Source of the DNA: an uncultured delta proteobacterium
GTDB lineage: Bacteria > Desulfobacterota > Binatia > DP-6
Length of the DNA: 64,000 bases
Assembly (NCBI GenBank): GCA_963815115.1
Contig: CAWFFN010000005.1
Location: forward strand, 544,001 to 608,000
Direction: 5' to 3'
Shown: piece by piece, positions 29,423 to 39,195 of the stretch
How the letters are laid out: the number at the start of each line of letters is the position of its first letter
Position numbering within the stretch: the stretch's first letter is position 1
Position numbers and translations under genes: made by a program
The notes under the pieces: generated by a model
What the model was told of the DNA's origin: nothing
Database searches by the model: none
Seen by the model: only the letters and a program-made list of their open reading frames with translations

Positions 29423-31054
29423 CTACCGCGCGCGCCGCACCCGGCGGCGGAAGAGCAGCGCGCCCGTGACCAGATAGAGCAGGCCGAAGCCGGTCATCAC
29501 CGCGGCGGGGCGCAGCGCTGCCTCGAGGCCGCGGCGGCGGATCATCAGGTCGTTGAAGGCCTCCATCGCCCACGTGGTGGGAAACGCCAGCGCGACCCGA
29601 CGCATCCAGTGCGGCTCGAGGTCGATCGGCCACCAGCATCCACCGACGGCCGCCATGGTGACGATCACGATCGAGCCGACCGGCAGCACGGCCTCGCGCG
29701 TCGTCGCCAGCGCGGCAACCACCAGCCCGAAGGCGGTCCCGGCGAAGACGATGGCCGCCGTGGGCAGCAGGAGCAGCCACGGCTCGCGCCCCAGCGAGAT
29801 CCCGAAGAGCAGCCAGCCGGCGGCGAACAGCATCACCATCTGCAGGAAGCCGACCAGGAAACGCGACAGCAGCTTGGCACCGAGGATCCGGCCGAGGCCG
29901 ACCGGCATCGCGCGCAGGCGTTCGAGCGTGCCCCACTCACGCTCGTCGAGCAGGCCGAGCGACACGCCGAGGAGCATCCCGAGCAGGAGGAAGGTCACGC
30001 TGAAGCCGGGGACGTTCTGGTCGAAGGTGTTGATCGAGGGCGGGCCGCCGCTGACGTTGCGCTCCTCGACGCCCAGCGTCCCCGGCAACGGCGGCGGCGA
30101 CGGCAGCTCGATGAGCGGCAGGTCGAGCACCGGCGGCTTGGGCAACGGCGGGAGCGGCGGCGGGGACACCGCCGGCGGCTCGGGCTTCGGCAGCACGGGA
30201 CCGGCGGCGAGGAGCTGCGCGAGAGCCGCGGGCGGCTCGGGAAGCTCGGGCGCCGGCGGCATCTGATCCGCGTGCGAGCCCGCCAGCCGGCGGAGCTCGG
30301 CGATCCAGGCCTCGAAGTCACGCCGGCGGGAGGCGACGGTGTCGAGGTACGCGCGCAGGGAGCCGAGCTGCCGGTCGAGCTCGCGCGCGGCGCGTGCGGC
30401 GTAGTCGTCGGCCGCGGCGTTCAGCTGGCGGGTCAGTCCCGCCTTCGCCGCGGCCGCCGCCTTCACCCGCTCGCGTTCGGCCTCGTCGAAGGCCGCGGCG
30501 AGCTTGCGGCGCGCGGCGCCGATCTCCGCGCGCAGGTGGTCGATCTCCTTCGCCAGTCGTGCGCGCTCGGCCTGTGCATCGTTGCGTGCCGCTGCGCCGC
30601 GCTCCGACACGATCGCATCGCGCAGCTCGAGTAGCCGGACGCGCACGTTCAGGCGCTCGAGATACTTGACCGCGTCGGTGTAGAGCACGAGCGAGGCCGG
30701 CTGGCCGGCGTCGAGCGCCGCCTGCGTGCCCTTCGGGATCAGCAGGGCCGTGCCGGCCTGCTTGTCACGCACGAGACGCTCGGCCTCCTCCGGCGTCTCG
30801 ACTGGTCGGAGGCGCACCGCGGGATCGCTCGCGAGCCGCTCGCGGATCTCGCGGCCGAGCGCGGCGCCGTCCTCGTCGGCCAGGGGCAGCACGTAGGCGG
30901 TCTGTCCCGTCGGATCGGCTCCGTAGAGGTTCGCGAGGCTGAGGCCCGCCACCGTGATGACGGCGACCGGCGCGATGGCGAGGAAGATCAGCCCGACCCG
31001 GTCGCGCCACAGGAGGCGAAGGTCCTTCACGAGCAGCGCGAGGAAGGCGCGCAT
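29423..31054 (-). CDS. ABC-2 type transporter permease with large extracytoplasmic coiled-coil/Pro-rich insert
   Basis: KDLRLLWRDR, DEREWGTLERLR..P, GGCWWP, PTTWAM. Confidence 0.88.
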   Translation of the reverse strand: MRAFLALLVKDLRLLWRDRVGLIFLAIAPVAVITVAGLSLANLYGADPTGQTAYVLPLADEDGAALGREIRERLASDPAVRLRPVETPEEAERLVRDKQAGTALLIPKGTQAALDAGQPASLVLYTDAVKYLERLNVRVRLLELRDAIVSERGAAARNDAQAERARLAKEIDHLRAEIGAARRKLAAAFDEAERERVKAAAAAKAGLTRQLNAAADDYAARAARELDRQLGSLRAYLDTVASRRRDFEAWIAELRRLAGSHADQMPPAPELPEPPAALAQLLAAGPVLPKPEPPAVSPPPLPPLPKPPVLDLPLIELPSPPPLPGTLGVEERNVSGGPPSINTFDQNVPGFSVTFLLLGMLLGVSLGLLDEREWGTLERLRAMPVGLGRILGAKLLSRFLVGFLQMVMLFAAGWLLFGISLGREPWLLLLPTAAIVFAGTAFGLVVAALATTREAVLPVGSIVIVTMAAVGGCWWPIDLEPHWMRRVALAFPTTWAMEAFNDLMIRRRGLEAALRPAAVMTGFGLLYLVTGALLFRRRVRRAR

Positions 31055-31057
31055 CGC

Positions 31058-32008
31058 TCAGTCGCGCAGACCCCGGCCCGTGATGCGCAGAAAGACGTCC
31101 TCGAGGTCGGGCCGGTGGACGTGAAACTCGAGGATCTCGGTGGCCGCGCCCGCGCGCTCGAGGACGCGTGCGACCACGGAAAGCGCCTCGACCATGACCT
31201 CGACGTGATGGCCGCGCTCGGGCATCGCCTCCGTGGCCCACACGCTCGATGCCGGCCGGGCGTCCGCGAGCCCGTCCAGCCAGCCATCGGGGAGGGGCTC
31301 GCGCGTCACCAGGACGAGCCGCATGCCGCCGTCCTCGCTCCGGGTCAGCTCGGCGGGGGTTCCGGCCGCCACCACGCGGCCGTGGTCGATGAGCAGCACG
31401 CGGTCGCACAGCCGTTCTGCCTCCTCCATGTAGTGCGTCGAGTAGAGGACGGCGGCTCCCGCGGCGGCGTGGGCGCGCACGGTGTCCATGATGCGCGCGC
31501 GCGACTGCGGGTCGACGCCGGCGGTGGGCTCGTCGAGGAGCAGGACGGGCGGGGAGTCGAGCAGGCCGCAGGCGAGATTGAGCCGGCGCTGCATGCCGCC
31601 CGAGTAGGTCGCGACGACGTCGTGCGCACGCTCCTCGAGCCCCACCAGTTCGAGCGCGTGCCGTGCGGCTGCGCGGGCGGCGCGCCCGCGCAGCCCGCGC
31701 ACGACGGCGAAGCAGCGCACGTTCTCCCAGGCGGTGAGCGTGGGATAGACGGCGAGCGCCTGCGGCACCAGGCCGAGAACGCCTCGCACCGAGCGTGCCT
31801 GGCGCCGCGTCGAGTAGCCCGCGATCTCCGCGTCGCCGGCGTCGGGACGGCGAAGCGTGGCGAGGATCGAGAGCGTCGTCGTCTTGCCGGCGCCGTTCGG
31901 GCCGAGGAGCCCGACCACCTCGCCCGCGGCCACCTCGAAGCTCACGCCGTCGAGCGCGACGCGCGGACCGAAGCTGAGCCGCAGCCCCGCCGCACGCACC
32001 GCCGTCAT
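31058..32008 (-). CDS. ABC transporter ATP-binding protein
   Basis: GPNGAGKTT, YSGGMQRRL, LLDEPT, HYMEEAE, DLEDVFL. Confidence 0.92.
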   Translation of the reverse strand: MTAVRAAGLRLSFGPRVALDGVSFEVAAGEVVGLLGPNGAGKTTTLSILATLRRPDAGDAEIAGYSTRRQARSVRGVLGLVPQALAVYPTLTAWENVRCFAVVRGLRGRAARAAARHALELVGLEERAHDVVATYSGGMQRRLNLACGLLDSPPVLLLDEPTAGVDPQSRARIMDTVRAHAAAGAAVLYSTHYMEEAERLCDRVLLIDHGRVVAAGTPAELTRSEDGGMRLVLVTREPLPDGWLDGLADARPASSVWATEAMPERGHHVEVMVEALSVVARVLERAGAATEILEFHVHRPDLEDVFLRITGRGLRD

Positions 32009-32064
32009 GGGGGCGCTATGGCCGCGGCTCCCGATCGTGTCAATTGACGTCGACGGCGGTGTGC

Positions 32065-33906
32065 TCAGTCGAGCTCGGCGGTCCCGTCGACTTCCTGCGC
32101 CCGGTCGGTGTCGTCGCCGGTGAGCGTGATCGTCACCTTGTCGAGTACGCCCGTGTAGGGGAAGTGCGGATCCTTGCTGCCGTAGCTCTGTGACACGGGG
32201 CTGCCGAGGTCGACACCGATGTCGAAGGTCTCCGAGAGAGAGAAGGTGGAGAGATGCATCTTCGGCATCGTCGTCTCCGCCACCTTCGCGCCGGCGACGT
32301 AGAGCGCGCCGACGCCCTGGCCGAGTCCGGTCTTCGTGAAGGCGAACTTCACGTCCACCTTGCCCTTGGGCAGCGGGGGCGACGCGAGGCCGTAGCGGTT
32401 CATGTTGTAGGCGTTGTAGTCGTAGTGCAGCCTGCCGTCCTTCAGGTAGAGCGTGTAGCCGCCCGTGAGCCCGCCGCAGGCCACGATGACGCCTGATTCC
32501 TTGCCGGTGAGATCGAGCGTCGTCTCGATGGTGTGCGAGCGGTCCTTCACCGGCGCGGAGGTCTTCTCCGCCAGGCGCACGGCGCCGGGCGCGTAGTAGG
32601 TGAAGACCTTGCGGTCGCCGAACAGGCGATCCTGCTGCTTTGCGATGCGCATCATGAGGTCGTCGTAGAGCGGATAGACGTTGCCCGCCTGGGCAAGCTC
32701 GTCCCATCGCCGCGTGAGCTCCGCGAGCTTCTCCGGATTCTTGTCCGCGACGTTCGCCGACTCCGAGAAGTCCTCGTCGACGTGGTAGAGCTCCCAGGTG
32801 TCCTTGTCGAAGGGGAACGTGCCCGCGACGATCCACGGCATGCGGTTGCCGTGCAGGCTCACCGCCTTCCAGCCGTCCTTGTACATGGCACGGTTGCCGA
32901 ACTGGTCGTAGAGCTGCTCCGTACGCTGCGAGGGCGCTGCGGCGTCGTCGAACGAGTAGACCAGGCTCTTGCCATCGAGCAGGATCTGCCTGTGGCCATC
33001 GACCTCGTCCAGGAACGGCGTCCTGGTGACCTCGAGAACCGTGGGCGCGAGGTCGGTGATGAACGCGTACTGAGTGCGGATCTCGCCCTTCGCCCTGATG
33101 CCCCTCGGCCAGGAGACGATGAGCGGGTCGGCGATGCCGCCGTTGTGCACCGTCTGCTTGAAGTACTTGAAGGGCGTGTTGCCGGCCATCGCCCAGCCGG
33201 CATGGAAGTGACCGTACGTGTTCGGGCCGCCCCAGTCGTCGTAGTGCTTCATGTTCTCGGCGAGCGTCGTCTGCATGCCGTTCGCCATGATCATCTCGTT
33301 GTGCGTGCCCTCCAGCCCGCCCTCGCCGCTCGAGCCGTTGTCCGACGTGACGATGATGATGGTGTTGTCGAGCTGGCCGGTGCGCTCGAGCGCGGCGACG
33401 ATGCGGCCGATCTGCTCGTCGGTCTGCGTCATCATGCCGGCGAACACCTCCATCTCCCGCGCGTACATCTTCCTCTGCTCCGGCGAGAGGCCGTCCCACG
33501 CGGGGATCGCCTCGGCGCGCGGCGAGAACTGCGTGCCCTTCGGGATGATTCCCATCTCGAGCTGGCGCTCGTGGATGACCTCACGCGCCTTGTCCCAGCC
33601 CGCGTCGAACTTGCCACGATACATGTCGCGGTACTTCTTCTCGACCTGGTGAGGTGAGTGCATCGCACTCGGCGCCCAGAACATCAGGAAGGGCCGATCG
33701 GGCGACGCCGATACGTTCGCCGTGATGTTCTCGATCGCGCGGTCGGCCAGTGCGGTGGTGAGGTGATAGCCGGGTTTGCCGACCCAGTCCTCCGTCGGCC
33801 ACTGATCGTTGTAGAGCAGGGTGCGGTAGTTGTCGGCGTCGGCCGCCATGAAGCCGTAGAAGTGCGAGAACCCTTCCCCGCTCGGCCAGCGGTCCAAGCC
33901 TCTCAC
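32065..33906 (-). pseudogene. Arylsulfatase, 5'-truncated (lacks DD metal ligands and CxPxR)
   Basis: Similarity begins at DRWPSGEGFSHFYGF; HSPHQ, SDNG, NTPFKYFK, ELY..DFSE..N are present; upstream lies the divergent bcp gene. Confidence 0.75.
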
Positions 33907-33987
33907 GACCGGTCGTGCGACGATCCGGGTTGATTCGGGTCGGGTGACGTGAGAAGCCGCGCCCGACGCACCGAAAGGAGAAGTGCG

Positions 33988-34455
33988 ATGGCGATCGAGG
34001 AGGGCAAGGCCGCACCGCCGTTCACCTTGACCGATGCCGAGGGCAAGAAGGTGTCGCTCGAGGACTTCGCCGGCAAGAACGTGATCCTCTACTTCTATCC
34101 CAAGGACGACACGCCCGGATGCACGAAGGAGGCGTGCGGGTTTCGCGACGACTGGAGGGCGCTCCAGAAGGCCAACGCGGTCGTGCTCGGCGTCTCGGCG
34201 GACGACGCGGCTTCGCACCGGAAGTTTCGCACCAAGTACAGGCTGCCGTTCCCGCTGCTCTCCGACCCGGATCGCGCCGTGATGAAGAAGTACGGCGCCT
34301 ACGGCGACAAGATGATGTACGGCAAGAAGACCGTGGGGGTGATTCGCTCGACGGTCTGGATCGGACCCGACGGCAAGGTGAAGAAGCACTGGGCGAGGGT
34401 GGCGAGCGCCGAGGCTCACCCCGCCAAGGTGCTGGAGGCGCTGGGAGCGGGCTGA
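33988..34455 (+). CDS. bcp: Thioredoxin-dependent peroxiredoxin Bcp
   Basis: RBS AAAGGAG; YFYPKDDTPGCTKEACGFRD. Confidence 0.93.
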   Translation: MAIEEGKAAPPFTLTDAEGKKVSLEDFAGKNVILYFYPKDDTPGCTKEACGFRDDWRALQKANAVVLGVSADDAASHRKFRTKYRLPFPLLSDPDRAVMKKYGAYGDKMMYGKKTVGVIRSTVWIGPDGKVKKHWARVASAEAHPAKVLEALGAG

Positions 34456-34471
34456 GCGCTCGGCTGAACGC

Positions 34472-34873
34472 TCACTCGGGCACGAGCCGGCAGGTCAGCG
34501 GGTGCGACATGTAGCGGATGAAGACGTCGCTCCAGTACTTCTGCCCGATGGCGTCGGCGACGCGGGTCGCCTGATCGGGCGCCGGCTCGCAGCGCACGTG
34601 GTCGAAGTGCTGTCCGGCCACCGTCACCCCGACGAAGGGGGCGCTCTTGCTCTCCTGGACCCGACCCGCTGCACGACCCCCGAGGCGCACGTAGACCTGG
34701 CCGTCGATCACCACCAGCCACACGGGAAACGTGTACGTGCCCTCCGCGGGCACGTCGGTGGTGAGCCGGAGGGTGTTCTCGGCCGTCCAGGATGCCGGGG
34801 TCCAGCCCGCGGGGGCCGCCCAGGAGACGGCGAGCAGCAGGCTCGAGAGCAGCGTCGTGAGGGCAGCGCGCAT
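34472..34873 (-). CDS. Secreted DUF2255/split-barrel-like hypothetical protein
   Basis: Signal peptide MRAALTTLLSSLLLAVSWA; PVWLVVIDGQVYVR; KYW. Confidence 0.55.
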   Translation of the reverse strand: MRAALTTLLSSLLLAVSWAAPAGWTPASWTAENTLRLTTDVPAEGTYTFPVWLVVIDGQVYVRLGGRAAGRVQESKSAPFVGVTVAGQHFDHVRCEPAPDQATRVADAIGQKYWSDVFIRYMSHPLTCRLVPE

Positions 34874-34955
34874 GGCGACTCCCCTCGCATCCCGTGGGGC
34901 CTTCCGCAAGCGCGATTGCTTGACGACGCCCGGGGGACGTGCGACGCAACCACGG

Positions 34956-36230
34956 ATGGCCTGGCTCCTGCTGGGGGTCGCCGTGCTCGGGGCGCTGTCG
35001 GCGTTCAACGTCTACCGGCCGCGCTACCGGCCGGCGTCGCTCGCGCTTCTCAGCTTCTTCTGGGGATGGCTGACGGCCGAGCTGGCCCTGCATCAGATCG
35101 CCCTCCAGGTGCTGCTCGTCGGCGTGCTGGTGGCGGAAGGGGCGCTGCACGCGTTGCCGGGACGGCTGGGTCTCGCGATCGCGATCACGTCGTGGGTTTT
35201 CCTCTGGCGGTTCCACCGCCAGGCGCACCAGGCGGAGGAGGCGGTCGAGCGCGGACTGCGGGACGGCCTCGGCGGCGACTACCGCTCGCAGATCCTGCCG
35301 GTGGCGGCAGAGCGCTTCACCGAAGGCATCGAGTGGCACTCGATCGCGGTCCCGTTCCCCCTCCGGCATCCGCAGGTCGAGCGCGTGCGCAACATCGCCT
35401 ACCTCGACCAGCCCGGGCATCACCTGCGTCTCGACGTCTACCGGCACCGCGATCGTCCCACCGGCTGTCCCACGTTGCTCCAGGTGCACGGTGGAGGATG
35501 GGTGCTCGGCAGCAAGAACGAGCAAGGGATTCCCCTGATGCTGCACCTCGCGTCGCGCGGCTGGGTGTGTGTCAGCGCCGACTACCGCCTGAGTCCGCGG
35601 GCGACCTTCCCGGAGCCCCTCATCGATCTCAAGCAGGCGCTGCGCTGGATCCGCGAGCAGGGTCCCGCCTACGGCGTCGATCCGGATTTCGTCGTCGTCA
35701 CCGGAGGCTCGGCCGGCGGACACCTGGCGGCGCTGGTCGCGCTCACCGCCAACGATCCCGCCTACCAGCCCGGCTTCGAGCACGTGGACACCTCGGTGCG
35801 GGCCTGCGTCGCGTTCTACGGCGTGTACGACTTCACCGACCGCTTCGGCGTGTGGCCCCATCGCGGGCTTTCGCGTCTCCTCCAGCGCCGGGTGATGAAG
35901 GCAGCGTTGACCGACGCCCGCGAGGCCTACGAGCGGGCGTCGCCGATGAGCTGGCTCGGGACGCATGCGCCGCCGTTCTTCGTCATCCACGGCGACCACG
36001 ACACGATGGTCCCGGTCGAGGAGGCACGGCGATTCGTCGCGATGCTGCGCGAGGCGATCCCGGGGCAGGTGGTCTACGCCGAGATCCCCGGCGCCCAGCA
36101 CGCCTTCGAGATCTTCCCCTCCGTCCGCACGATCTTCGTGCTCCAGGGCGTGGAACGCTTCCTCGCCTGGGTCTACAGCCGCTACGCCGCGGGTCGCAAT
36201 CGGGGTGCCGACGAGGCAGCGGCGGGCTGA
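34956..36230 (+). CDS. Membrane-anchored HSL-family esterase/lipase (LipM/LipO-like)
   Basis: N-terminal TMs; HGGGW, GGSAGGHL, HGDHD, AQHAF. Confidence 0.88.
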   Translation: MAWLLLGVAVLGALSAFNVYRPRYRPASLALLSFFWGWLTAELALHQIALQVLLVGVLVAEGALHALPGRLGLAIAITSWVFLWRFHRQAHQAEEAVERGLRDGLGGDYRSQILPVAAERFTEGIEWHSIAVPFPLRHPQVERVRNIAYLDQPGHHLRLDVYRHRDRPTGCPTLLQVHGGGWVLGSKNEQGIPLMLHLASRGWVCVSADYRLSPRATFPEPLIDLKQALRWIREQGPAYGVDPDFVVVTGGSAGGHLAALVALTANDPAYQPGFEHVDTSVRACVAFYGVYDFTDRFGVWPHRGLSRLLQRRVMKAALTDAREAYERASPMSWLGTHAPPFFVIHGDHDTMVPVEEARRFVAMLREAIPGQVVYAEIPGAQHAFEIFPSVRTIFVLQGVERFLAWVYSRYAAGRNRGADEAAAG

Positions 36231-36289
36231 CCTCGGCAGGCGCCGATTGACACGCCACGCCGCCGGGTTGTAGCGACCGGCGTGGACAC

Positions 36290-36580
36290 ATGGGATCGCT
36301 AGTCGAATACCGCTGTGGAACGTGTAGCTACGCCACCGGCAAGCTGACGGTGGGCTGGGGGAAGGCCGGCAGAGCGAGTTACTGGGGCGGACTCGCCCTC
36401 TGTGACGCCTGCAAGGAGGTCCGGGTGATCGATCTCTCGGACGCCCGCGCCGATCGCCGGGACCGTCGCTGCGCGCACTGCAACGGGCCGCTCAAGATGA
36501 TCGAGGGCATTGCCGAGCGCGTCGCCTGTCCGCAGTGCGGTGCGGCGCTCGCGCCGGCGAGCCTCGGAAGCTGGTCCTGA
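36290..36580 (+). CDS. Small zinc-ribbon protein (4 x CxxC)
   Basis: CGTC, CDAC, CAHC, CPQC; TTGACA at 36247. Confidence 0.65.
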   Translation: MGSLVEYRCGTCSYATGKLTVGWGKAGRASYWGGLALCDACKEVRVIDLSDARADRRDRRCAHCNGPLKMIEGIAERVACPQCGAALAPASLGSWS

Positions 36581-36696
36581 GCGACCCGTCCGGCACGCCC
36601 TTCGACGACGTCCTCGACGACGAGGACGAGGAAGACGCGCCGGAGCCCGGCGAGCCGCTCCCGGAGTACGGCGGCGGAAAGCTCGCTGGCCTGATC

Positions 36697-37326
36697 ATGG
36701 TGGCCGCCCTCGTGGTCGCCTATCTCGCCACCGGAACCCGCGAGGCCGCCGGTCACGCCTTCCGCGCCGGCAGCGCCGACGCGGGACGGATCCTGCACGG
36801 CGAGGTCTGGCGCACCGTCACGGCGCTCACGCTCCACGCCGACACCTCGCACCTCGTGGCCAACGCGACCGCGGGCGCGCTCCTCGGCACCGCGGTGTGT
36901 CGCACGCTGGGCGGCGGATTCGGCGCCGCCCTTCTCGTCATCGCGGGCGCCACCGGCAACGCGCTCAATGCCGCCGTACGCGGCCCGGGGCACGTCTCGG
37001 TCGGCGCGTCGACGGCCGTTCTCGCCGCGGTCGGGCTGCTCAGCGGGCTCGCCTTCGTGCGCACGAGGCGAGCGACCGGGCGGCGGCGCCGGGGACGTGG
37101 CGCCTGGGTGCCGCTGGCCGCCGGTCTCGCGCTGCTCGGCATGCTGGGCGCCGACCCGCAGACGGATCTCGGAGCCCACTTCTGGGGGTTCGCCGTGGGC
37201 GTGGCGCTCGGAGTGGGAGCAGGGCTCGCGTTGCCCGTTCCCCCGGGTCGCGGGACGCAAGGGGTGCTCGCCGCTGCCACGATGGCGGCGGTCGCCGGCT
37301 GCTGGTGGCTCGCGCTGCGGGCGTGA
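36697..37326 (+). CDS. Rhomboid family intramembrane serine protease (start may lie upstream, about 36577)
   Basis: GEVWRTVTALTLH, HLVAN, VGAS, AHFWG. Confidence 0.82.
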   Translation: MVAALVVAYLATGTREAAGHAFRAGSADAGRILHGEVWRTVTALTLHADTSHLVANATAGALLGTAVCRTLGGGFGAALLVIAGATGNALNAAVRGPGHVSVGASTAVLAAVGLLSGLAFVRTRRATGRRRRGRGAWVPLAAGLALLGMLGADPQTDLGAHFWGFAVGVALGVGAGLALPVPPGRGTQGVLAAATMAAVAGCWWLALRA

Positions 37327-37357
37327 GCCCGCCGCCCGCAGAACGAGTCCCCGAGGA

Positions 37358-38428
37358 TCAGACGCCCGGCAGCGCGCTGCGCGGCGCGAGGTGGTCGCCC
37401 ACCAGCATGCCGCGCTCGCGGTACTTCTCCTCCGTGCGCTCGGTGATCAGGCCGAGTCGCATGAGATTCGGCATCACGGTGTGCATGTAGGGCTCGCTGT
37501 TCACCAGGGACCACTGGTCCCAGTTGTGCGTCGACTGCACGACCGCCTCGGGATCGAGGCCGTACTTCGGGCCGAAGCGATGCAGCATGTCGAGCTGCTG
37601 GTTGGCGTTGAGCGTCTCGAGGATGTTGAACGCGAAGTCCTCGAGCTCGACCAGCGTCTCGGGCTCCGACTCCTTCACCAGTCGGCGCATGGAGAGGATG
37701 CCGAACGCGGCGTGACGTGCCTCGTCCTGGTGCACGCGGTGGATGATGTCCTTGATCAGCGGGTTGGTGTTCGTGCGCTGCACGAGCTCCATGATGCCCA
37801 CGGCCATCCCCTCGAAGAGGGTCTGCATGCCGAGGGTCTTGGCCTGCCAGCTCGACGCCGCGAGCAGCTTGTCGAGCAGCACCTTGAGAGTGGGATCGAT
37901 GGGGTGGATGACACCCATCTTGCGCTGCAGGAACTTCGAGAACGCCTCCACGTGGCGCACCTCGTCGATCACCTGCGAGCCGGCGTACCACTTGGCGTCC
38001 ATGGTGGGGCAGCAATTGACGAGCTGGCCGCAGAGCTGCAGCGCCGCCTGCTCGCCGTGCAGGAGCTGGGAGATCAGGTGCGAGAACTCGTCCCAGGCGG
38101 CCTCGCGACATGTCGCCTCGTCGGCGCCGACCTCGGTGAGGACGCTCGACAGCAATGACGCGCCGATCTGCGGCATGAACCACTCGTCCCGGGGAAGCGG
38201 GGTGGACCAGTCGAGGTCGTCCTCCGCGTTCCACTGGCCCCGCTTGCCGCGCTCGTAGAGGGCGCGCAGCTCCTCGACCTGGCTGCCGTACTCCCACGTC
38301 CAGTGCAGCTCGAGCGGGACGTCGATGTCGAGCTGCTTGCGCAGCCCCTCGATCTGGTTGTCGTCGACGAACTCGACGACCTCGAAGCGGCCGATCGAGC
38401 GGCGATTGTCCTTGAGAATGGCATCCAT
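37358..38428 (-). CDS. Ferritin-like di-iron protein (AurF-like)
   Basis: HGEQAAL, DEVRH, FEG, DEARH carboxylate/His ligand pattern. Confidence 0.82.
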   Translation of the reverse strand: MDAILKDNRRSIGRFEVVEFVDDNQIEGLRKQLDIDVPLELHWTWEYGSQVEELRALYERGKRGQWNAEDDLDWSTPLPRDEWFMPQIGASLLSSVLTEVGADEATCREAAWDEFSHLISQLLHGEQAALQLCGQLVNCCPTMDAKWYAGSQVIDEVRHVEAFSKFLQRKMGVIHPIDPTLKVLLDKLLAASSWQAKTLGMQTLFEGMAVGIMELVQRTNTNPLIKDIIHRVHQDEARHAAFGILSMRRLVKESEPETLVELEDFAFNILETLNANQQLDMLHRFGPKYGLDPEAVVQSTHNWDQWSLVNSEPYMHTVMPNLMRLGLITERTEEKYRERGMLVGDHLAPRSALPGV

Positions 38429-39093
38429 CAATGGGTTCCTCCGGATCCTGGAATGTCGGAAGCGACGACGAGGCCGCGGTGAAGCAGCGCCCGCACCTCG
38501 GCCTTGCGGCGGCGCACCTCGCTCCCGGAGAGCAGCGGCCGGCCGATCATCTCGTTGCCGAAATCGCCCGAGGCGAAGTGGTAGACGGTGGCACCGATGA
38601 GGGTCTGGAGCGTGTGGCCGACGCTTGCCGGCCGGAACACTCCGGTCTCCATGCCCTCCTTCAAGAGCCGGGCGCCCGCACCCGTGATGCGCCGGATGCT
38701 CTCGTTCGCCTCCTGCTCCTCGGGCAGCTCGCCGGCGAGCTCGTCGTCCTCGAACAGCGAGCGCAGGAGGAGGCGGGCATAGGCGGGGTGCTCGGCGAAG
38801 ATGTCGATGATCTCGTCGATCCAGCGGTCGAGCCGCTCGGCCGGCGTGCCCCCGGCGGCCAGCGCCCGCATCAGGCGCACCTCGATGCGGGTCAGGATGC
38901 GCGCGACGACGGCGGCGTAGAGCTGCGCCTTGCTGCGGAAGTGGTGGAAGAGGGAGGACTTTCCGAGGCCGACGCTCTCCGCCACCTCGGCGAGCCCGAT
39001 GCCGGCGAAGCCGCGTCTGGCGAAGAGGGTCTCGGCGCAATCGAGTATCTTGTCGCGCGAGGGTTGCCTGAGCTTCACCGCCTGGGCCGTCAT
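38428..39093 (-). CDS. TetR family regulator
   Basis: ILDCAETLFARRGF...VAESVGLGKSSLFHHFRSK; stop overlaps the ATG of the di-iron gene. Confidence 0.9.
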   Translation of the reverse strand: MTAQAVKLRQPSRDKILDCAETLFARRGFAGIGLAEVAESVGLGKSSLFHHFRSKAQLYAAVVARILTRIEVRLMRALAAGGTPAERLDRWIDEIIDIFAEHPAYARLLLRSLFEDDELAGELPEEQEANESIRRITGAGARLLKEGMETGVFRPASVGHTLQTLIGATVYHFASGDFGNEMIGRPLLSGSEVRRRKAEVRALLHRGLVVASDIPGSGGTH

Positions 39094-39141
39094 CGACCGT
39101 CCGTTCGGTACTGGATACCCGACCGATCGGTCGAGAGTCAA
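39094..39141 (-). promoter_or_regulatory. tetR promoter with palindromic operators
   Basis: Minus-strand TTGACT, then perfect palindrome CGACCGATCGGTCG (39120-39133), TATCCA, and an 11/14 copy at 39094-39107. Confidence 0.6.
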
Positions 39142-39160
39142 GCAGGCGATTATGCCTCAC

Positions 39161-39189
39161 TTGACACCCGTGGTCTCATGGGCTAGATT
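39161..39189 (+). promoter_or_regulatory. Transposase promoter with -35 inside IRL
   Basis: TTGACA-N17-TAGATT; ATG 7 nt downstream with no RBS (possibly leaderless). Confidence 0.65.
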
Positions 39190-39195
39190 CGCTCC

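Noticed and set aside
33907-34419. Upstream extension of the sulfatase ORF to 34419
   Set aside because: It is the antisense of bcp and has no sulfatase motifs
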